Positions 58,558 to 64,000 of a stretch of DNA of 64,000 bases are shown here, in pieces. The notes below the pieces were generated by a model. It was not told the origin of the DNA and did not search any database. It worked only from the letters and a program-made list of their open reading frames with translations. The position numbers and the translations under genes are program-made. The DNA comes from a virus (lineage: Duplodnaviria; Caudoviricetes): IMG/VR virus record IMGVR_UViG_3300024346_000004. One strand, written 5' to 3'. The stretch's first letter is position 1. Each line of letters starts with the position of its first letter.

Positions 58558-59922
58558 TTATCTTCTTTGTGCTTCTGGTTTATTGAAGATTTCACTAGCA
58601 ACAGCTGCTAATTCAGATCTTTCTACCTTAGACAGAGTAATAGAAGCAACTAAATGACTATGTCTACCACCAGAGATAGCATGAGCAAGTCCGTTTGATT
58701 TAGAATCCAAATATGGGTTTTCTACCTGTGATAAATCGCCTAAAAGAATAACTTTAGAGTCTTTACCGCATCTTTCGACAACCATTCTAGCTTCTTTTGG
58801 AGATAAGTTTTCAGCTTCATCTAATAGAATAATGCTTCTTGGTATACTTCTACCTTGAATAAATGCCATTGCTTCTACTTCGATGATTCCTTCTCTAACC
58901 ATCTCTTCAAACATATTATTTGCTGATAATGATTTTGATCCTAAGATCTGATCAATATTATCTCTAATTGGTCCTAACCATGCAGATACTTTTTCAAACT
59001 TATCTCCAGGAAGAGCACCAATATCTTTACCACCTACTGGGATTAAAGGCTTCATAACAACAATCTTGTCATATGTGCCTTCGTTGATTTGCTGTAATGA
59101 TGAAGCTACGGCTAAAAAGCTTTTACCAGTACCAGCTTTACCAGAAATAGTTACTAGAGGTACAGTTTTGTCATAAAGTGCTTCTAATGCACATTTTTGT
59201 TCAAGATTCTTACCCTGAACATTTTGATATGCTTTAACTGTGGAATTTGATTTATCTTTTAATGTTCGTAATAAACCATTTTTATTATATGTTGGGCATT
59301 TAGCTTCTCCATATTCAAAAATGAGAAATTCATTAGGATAATATGTTCCAATGTTATTTCTTAATTCTTCTGATAGATTAGTGATAGGTGTGTCGTCATC
59401 ACTCCATAACATTTTCCAATCAGTTTCAGAAGTACAAGAAATATATTTTAACCCATTATAATCTTTTTCATCTAATTGATCTGATTTATAATTTTCAGAA
59501 AAACAGTTCCAAGAAATAGCACGTATTCTTAAACCTGTATCTTTAGTTACAACACATACTTTTTTTCTAGGATTAGCTGCTTTCAGAGCCAAGCAGCATT
59601 CAATTATAGCGTTATCCGAATGAACTTTTACAATGTTAGGTCTTTCGTTTTTTTGTAAAGGAGACTCTGTATTGTAAACAAACAATCTACCATTTTGTTC
59701 ATTGATTTTGACACCCTTCATTAAGTCTTGGAGGGTGAAAGCTTCCAAATGTCTGAAAACTTCTCTTGCACTCCAACCAATGATGTCACGCTTGGTTTTC
59801 ATGTCATCTAAATCATCAATAACAGCAAGAGGTAAATAGATATCATTATCTGCGAATTTATACAATGAATAAGGATCATGTAAAAGAACACAGGTATCGA
59901 TTATATATATGTGTTTTGCCAA
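58558..59922 (-). CDS. phoH: PIN-PhoH (PhoH2/YlaK-like) protein
   Basis: PIN IIDTCVLLHDP; GKAGTGKS, IGALPG, QGRS, DEAEN, GDLSQ; TTG 59922 has SD AGGAGG. Confidence 0.92.
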   Translation of the reverse strand: MAKHIYIIDTCVLLHDPYSLYKFADNDIYLPLAVIDDLDDMKTKRDIIGWSAREVFRHLEAFTLQDLMKGVKINEQNGRLFVYNTESPLQKNERPNIVKVHSDNAIIECCLALKAANPRKKVCVVTKDTGLRIRAISWNCFSENYKSDQLDEKDYNGLKYISCTSETDWKMLWSDDDTPITNLSEELRNNIGTYYPNEFLIFEYGEAKCPTYNKNGLLRTLKDKSNSTVKAYQNVQGKNLEQKCALEALYDKTVPLVTISGKAGTGKSFLAVASSLQQINEGTYDKIVVMKPLIPVGGKDIGALPGDKFEKVSAWLGPIRDNIDQILGSKSLSANNMFEEMVREGIIEVEAMAFIQGRSIPRSIILLDEAENLSPKEARMVVERCGKDSKVILLGDLSQVENPYLDSKSNGLAHAISGGRHSHLVASITLSKVERSELAAVASEIFNKPEAQRR

Positions 59923-59975
59923 TTTGTTTCCTCCTGGCAATCTAAAAAATGGGGATTAATTTCCCTCACTGCAAT

Positions 59976-60001
59976 ATTCCCTATGTAGCATGTTATGTCC
60001 T
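59976..60001 (-). promoter_or_regulatory. sigmaH-like promoter (representative of a recurrent motif)
   Basis: AGGA-CATAACATGCTACATAGG(18)-GAAT upstream of phoH; similar spaced motif at seven other gene starts. Confidence 0.55.
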
Positions 60002-60036
60002 ATATTGGTTTAAGCAGATCAAGGTTTTGCAATTAT

Positions 60037-61002
60037 TTAATTTTCAGGCAATTTATCAATAAAATCAGCAGCTTTTTCATCAAATTTGGTATTGTGAGAC
60101 CTTAAATTCAAGATCATTTGTAGCTTTTCTTTATCAAATTGCTTCATTTCATCACCTGACATCCATTTGCTTTGTTTATTATCATTCTCAATTTTTGATA
60201 GATTTTTAGTCAATTTGCCATTATGAAGGTCTTGTAGATCATTTTCCAAATTTGTTTTTAAATAATTTTTAGCTGTTTCAAGAGAAGTGGTTTCTAATAA
60301 ATTATAATCGCTATATGAGACTGATGTTAATTCCCCATTAATCATCACTTTATTACCGTCAGGGCTTACTACTTGATTAGATGTATTCCTTCTTAAAAAT
60401 AAATTTGTTCTTGGAATACATATATAAATCTTGAAAGGTAATGACTCTTCAATCTGTTTAGAGTCTGTCAATCTTAGCACTTCGTTTTCATCATTAACGA
60501 TTGACAGAACTAATTTAGATTTTGTGTCTTTGATAAGAAAATCCCATTCATAGTTATGCTCTGATGTTTGTGGGTAAAAAGCAGGAGCTAGATTAAGTTT
60601 ATCTTTCATCTCAGCAACAGTGAAAAATAAAGAAAATCCAATAGAATCTTCTGGTGTTCCTTTGCGATATGTTCCAACTTTATTCCAATCTACAATGAAT
60701 GGATTTTCTGCATCTAAATTGGAATCTTCTGTAAATTCACCTTTATCGTAAATATTTCTCAACAAAGAATCTTCTAGAATTCTTCTTGCTCTAACTAGAT
60801 TTAAGAATTCTTCATTAGTACCACCAAAATCAGGGTGTTTCTTTCTAGCTTGTTTTCTGAATGCTTTATCAATTAAATCAGAAATGAAAATTTTATCATT
60901 TCTAGTATTACCTTTAGGGAAAGCTTCTCTCGCAATATCTAATATCTCATAGTAATCTTGACTAAAATCAATAATCTTTTTTGGATCAAATTCATTGGAC
61001 AT
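60037..61002 (-). CDS. Class C J-domain protein
   Basis: DYYEILDI..KKHPDFGG..ARRILED..RNIYD followed by an unrecognised domain. Confidence 0.85.
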   Translation of the reverse strand: MSNEFDPKKIIDFSQDYYEILDIAREAFPKGNTRNDKIFISDLIDKAFRKQARKKHPDFGGTNEEFLNLVRARRILEDSLLRNIYDKGEFTEDSNLDAENPFIVDWNKVGTYRKGTPEDSIGFSLFFTVAEMKDKLNLAPAFYPQTSEHNYEWDFLIKDTKSKLVLSIVNDENEVLRLTDSKQIEESLPFKIYICIPRTNLFLRRNTSNQVVSPDGNKVMINGELTSVSYSDYNLLETTSLETAKNYLKTNLENDLQDLHNGKLTKNLSKIENDNKQSKWMSGDEMKQFDKEKLQMILNLRSHNTKFDEKAADFIDKLPEN

Positions 61003-61040
61003 ACAGGAATTATAAAAGATAAAGCATTATAATTGTAATT

Positions 61041-61367
61041 ATGTGGTACAGACTCGCTCAAAATTATGATATTGACGGTAATCTTGTAGAGGATCAGATA
61101 TTAGCAGATCCTCCGAAAAATCCCGCCCCACAAAATTTAGAAGAAACAGAACAAGATATACCAGCAGGGACAGATATACCTAAACCTGTCCAAGATCTTA
61201 CAGCTGGAATGAGACTACCACCTATCCATCAGTTTTGTCATTGTTATATTCAAAATCATCCTGGTGGTAAAAAAGTATGGCAATTTAGTGAAAATTGCTG
61301 TGAAGAATGTAAAAGTTTAGCTTTAGATTTTAATTCTAAACAAGATCAGATGTATTCACAGTCCTGA
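61041..61367 (+). CDS. Small protein with Mu gpF/minor-head-like Cys-His motif
   Basis: LPPIHQFCHCYI resembles PP.HP.CRC; CCEEC; starts MWYRLAQ. Confidence 0.5.
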   Translation: MWYRLAQNYDIDGNLVEDQILADPPKNPAPQNLEETEQDIPAGTDIPKPVQDLTAGMRLPPIHQFCHCYIQNHPGGKKVWQFSENCCEECKSLALDFNSKQDQMYSQS

Positions 61368-61920
61368 TTTTAATATTATATCCCAGTAAATTAACATCAA
61401 TCTTTTTATTTAGATATGTTTTGTTTGGACATTTTGCTTTGGATATATAATAATTTATTTTTCTTTTAGATTCAGGTTGGAAAATAGAATTTTTAATTAT
61501 TTTATTAGTATGTTTTTTGATTAAATCCCAAGACATATTAGTATTGAAACATTTGTCAAAGATTTCATTTTCCAGTGATTGCAATTCTTTTTTATATAGA
61601 ATTATTTCATCTACTGATAAACATTTAAATGCATTTGTAAGTAAATATCTAAGCATGCGGAAATTAGGGAGATATTTTATTGTTATATCATTAAGTATAT
61701 GAATATCTAATAATATATCAATATCTCCATAAATTTGATTTACATTACCATTTGAAGCAATCCTGTAAATAGATTTAGCTTCATTGCCTTTTCTAATAAC
61801 GATGACAGGTGCGATGGAATGTATATCTATATTAATATTAATGCCAATACCTATAAGATTTACAACATCTTCGTTATGTAATCTTAAAGCAAAGCATATT
61901 TCTGCATTTAGGTTATCCAC
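61336..61920 (-). CDS. Hypothetical protein
   Basis: 194-aa ORF overlapping the upstream gene; 32-nt convergent overlap with 61041-61367. Confidence 0.5.
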   Translation of the reverse strand: MDNLNAEICFALRLHNEDVVNLIGIGININIDIHSIAPVIVIRKGNEAKSIYRIASNGNVNQIYGDIDILLDIHILNDITIKYLPNFRMLRYLLTNAFKCLSVDEIILYKKELQSLENEIFDKCFNTNMSWDLIKKHTNKIIKNSIFQPESKRKINYYISKAKCPNKTYLNKKIDVNLLGYNIKIRTVNTSDLV

Positions 61921-62513
61921 GATTCTACAACTTTTAAATTCCTGTCTAAATAATAATTTTCTTTATTGCCATAAATTCCTGACCAAAGTAAATATATTTT
62001 TTCTTCAAAAGCTGTATGCCAACAATCTTTCCAACCATAATCTTTTTTTGATAGTATTTGAAAATATTTATGTTTAAATTTATCTGCTATTTCTCCACGT
62101 AATTTTAGCATTGCATATATTTCTTCATCTAAATTACTGGAGCTTGATAAAATGTCATCTTGTGCTAATGGATCAATTCTCAATCCATCATAATATATTT
62201 GCTGATATTCTTCTAATAAATATTCTTCAACAACACTAGCAGCACATATTTTTTTATTTTTCGGCAGATTATATATAAAATTGTATGAAAACGAATTATT
62301 TATGAGCCTAATTCGTTTTCTTTGTAATTCTTTTGTGTCAACATTTATAAGATATGAGATATCTTGATTGGATAAGTTTGTAGTAAATATAATACTGGGT
62401 GTGGAAATATTATTCGATAAAGAAGCGTGTAGAGCGAGTAATATATCTGTGAAATTACTTTTGTTTACAAGCTTCTTTATTTCTTTGTTAAAATATATTT
62501 CAATATTTTCCAA
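61908..62513 (-). CDS. Hypothetical protein
   Basis: 201-aa ORF, TTG start abutting the upstream stop. Confidence 0.55.
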   Translation of the reverse strand: MENIEIYFNKEIKKLVNKSNFTDILLALHASLSNNISTPSIIFTTNLSNQDISYLINVDTKELQRKRIRLINNSFSYNFIYNLPKNKKICAASVVEEYLLEEYQQIYYDGLRIDPLAQDDILSSSSNLDEEIYAMLKLRGEIADKFKHKYFQILSKKDYGWKDCWHTAFEEKIYLLWSGIYGNKENYYLDRNLKVVESWIT

Positions 62514-62780
62514 TTAAACTTTTTTCTTGAACAATGCGTAAGCCATATCTTTAATATAAGGTGTCAATTTCCCTCTTGTATTGTGCCTTATATTATCCAA
62601 ACCATTATTTGCTTCTTCTATTTTTTTAAGCAATATTTTCTTTTTTGCTTCGAGCTCTTTATCAGAAGGGTTATAATTCAATTGCTTGTAGAAAAGATCT
62701 CGTAAAGCTTTGTCAACAATATCCGTAATTACTTTTACTTCATATGATGGATCTGAACCAGAAGCTTTTCTATACCACAT
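62514..62780 (-). CDS. Hypothetical protein (MWYRKAS start)
   Basis: 88-aa ORF in an operon-like run. Confidence 0.6.
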   Translation of the reverse strand: MWYRKASGSDPSYEVKVITDIVDKALRDLFYKQLNYNPSDKELEAKKKILLKKIEEANNGLDNIRHNTRGKLTPYIKDMAYALFKKKV

Positions 62781-62782
62781 AA

Positions 62783-63013
62783 TTAATAATTCTTTCCTTC
62801 AATAACATGATTCTCATTAATTACAAAAGCAACATTTTGAGAAGGAATGTTAAATAAACAAACATTCATCTTATCATCTTTGTAAATAACATGAAAATCT
62901 TTGCCCACAATTAATATGCCATCAATACCACCAACACAGGTGCCAGGGTTATATGTGTAAATTTTCCACTTACCTACACCTCTATTTTGAATACTACTGT
63001 CATTTAATGCCAT
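62783..63013 (-). CDS. Hypothetical protein
   Basis: 76-aa ORF with SD GAGGT. Confidence 0.6.
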   Translation of the reverse strand: MALNDSSIQNRGVGKWKIYTYNPGTCVGGIDGILIVGKDFHVIYKDDKMNVCLFNIPSQNVAFVINENHVIEGKNY

Positions 63014-63106
63014 AGTAATACCTCACTTTCCGTATATTTATATCCTTGATTTATCACGCTATATCCTTTAATTTGCATGTGGATTACTATATGGTAATAT
63101 GAGTTT

Positions 63107-64000
63107 ATGGAACAAAATATGCTCATCAAGTTCTTTTCATCTAAAGAATTTAAAAACATCGGCGAAGCAAAAGCACAAAAAATCATAGATGCATTTGGTG
63201 AAAATAGTATAGATGTTCTGATGGCAAATCCAAAAGCTATCTATGAAATGTCTGATTTAGCTGACACAGATAAATCCACTGTCTACAATTATTTTACCAA
63301 TAAAGATAAAAATACAATCAATAATCTTATCAAATTGGGTTTATCATTTACATTCGCCCAAAAGGTAATGATGTATTTTGGCGTTAACTGCACAAATGAT
63401 ATTAAAGATAACCCATTTTGTATGCTTGAAATTAACGGCATAGGCTTCAAGAAATGTGATCAAATATATCTAGCTAATCATCAAGATATATATAGTCAAC
63501 TTCGTTTCACCGCTGCTGTAACCCATATATTACAAGAATCGACTAATATTGGACACTGTTATTTGGCGAGTAATGAACTTTATAATGAAATAAATAATTT
63601 ATTAATCAACAAACAAAAATATCCAGCACAACAATATAAGCAATATTTGATTGACCTTAATAAAAATCATTCAATCATTATTCAAAACGATAATATATAT
63701 CTTCCATATTTGTATTATGCTGAAAGATCATCAGCTAAATTACTTACAGATTTGGATACATATGAATATGATTTTAACAAAGTAGCAGAACATTGCACTG
63801 AATATAATTTTAAGTCATTGTCTGATGAACAAAACTATGCTATCAATAGTGTTTTGAAGAATAATGTTACTATCATTACTGGTGGACCTGGAGTAGGTAA
63901 AACACACGTAGTAAAAGGTATTGTTCAAGCTTTGAAATACTTTAATGTTAATTATGCGCTTTGTTCTCCCACTGGTAAAGCAGCCGATAGATTGTCTAAA
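63107..64000 (+). CDS. recD2: RecD2-like SF1B helicase (3' truncated; absent from the ORF track)
   Basis: MEQNMLIKFF..KNIGEAKAQKII (HhH), DNPF..GIGFKKCD, GHCYL, LSDEQ, ITGGPGVGKT, SPTGKAADRL. Confidence 0.9.
   Translation, partial: MEQNMLIKFFSSKEFKNIGEAKAQKIIDAFGENSIDVLMANPKAIYEMSDLADTDKSTVYNYFTNKDKNTINNLIKLGLSFTFAQKVMMYFGVNCTNDIKDNPFCMLEINGIGFKKCDQIYLANHQDIYSQLRFTAAVTHILQESTNIGHCYLASNELYNEINNLLINKQKYPAQQYKQYLIDLNKNHSIIIQNDNIYLPYLYYAERSSAKLLTDLDTYEYDFNKVAEHCTEYNFKSLSDEQNYAINSVLKNNVTIITGGPGVGKTHVVKGIVQALKYFNVNYALCSPTGKAADRLSK

Noticed and set aside
1162-63186. Short antisense or alternate-frame ORFs in the track (e.g. 1387-1662, 9043-9306, 15162-15473, 31123-31461, 49875-50198, 63004-63186)
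   Set aside because: Shadows of longer genes with recognisable motifs; no independent signals
1-64000. Stop-codon reassignment (as in some huge phages)
   Set aside because: Conserved genes are full-length in code 11, and TAA, TAG and TGA all end genes at sensible positions
1-64000. Bacterial chromosome origin (dnaK, dnaJ, gyrAB, rnhB, lepB)
   Set aside because: The housekeeping-like genes are divergent, lack their usual neighbours (grpE, hrcA, dnaA/recF) and are interleaved with virion-type genes, inteins and an HNH gene
1-64000. tRNA, rRNA or CRISPR arrays
   Set aside because: Intergenic gaps are short, and no cloverleaf or regularly spaced direct repeats were seen by eye

Overview
AT-rich, gene-dense 64-kb segment that reads as part of a jumbo/huge tailed phage genome in genetic code 11. 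No rRNA, tRNA or CRISPR array was seen. Left arm (+): S8, S26 and trypsin-like proteases, DnaJ, a holin-like protein, an SF2 helicase, DnaK, RNase HII, a MerC-like protein and a DUF151-like protein. Centre (-): an almost gap-free ~38-kb run from intein-containing gyrB-gyrA into a ~31-kb array of six paralogous 800-1800-aa virion-appendage-like proteins. These share one scaffold but carry different LamG/PA14 lectin-like domains, some nested inside each other. The array also holds small paralogous beta-sandwich proteins and a ~2600-aa LamG/repeat protein that appears to start at ATA. It is followed by a small fibre-like protein, a free-standing HNH gene and two tail-tube-like paralogs. Right part: a 1935-aa 12-repeat fibre protein, PIN-PhoH, a second J-domain protein, small proteins sharing an N-terminal (W)YRxA(Q/S) motif, and a partial RecD2. 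Two promoter classes can be read directly from the sequence: sigma70-like -10 boxes 6-9 nt before start codons (leaderless-type), and a recurrent sigmaH-like AGGA-N18/19-GAA(T/A) motif, mostly before structural-looking genes. All family assignments are by motif recognition, without database searches.
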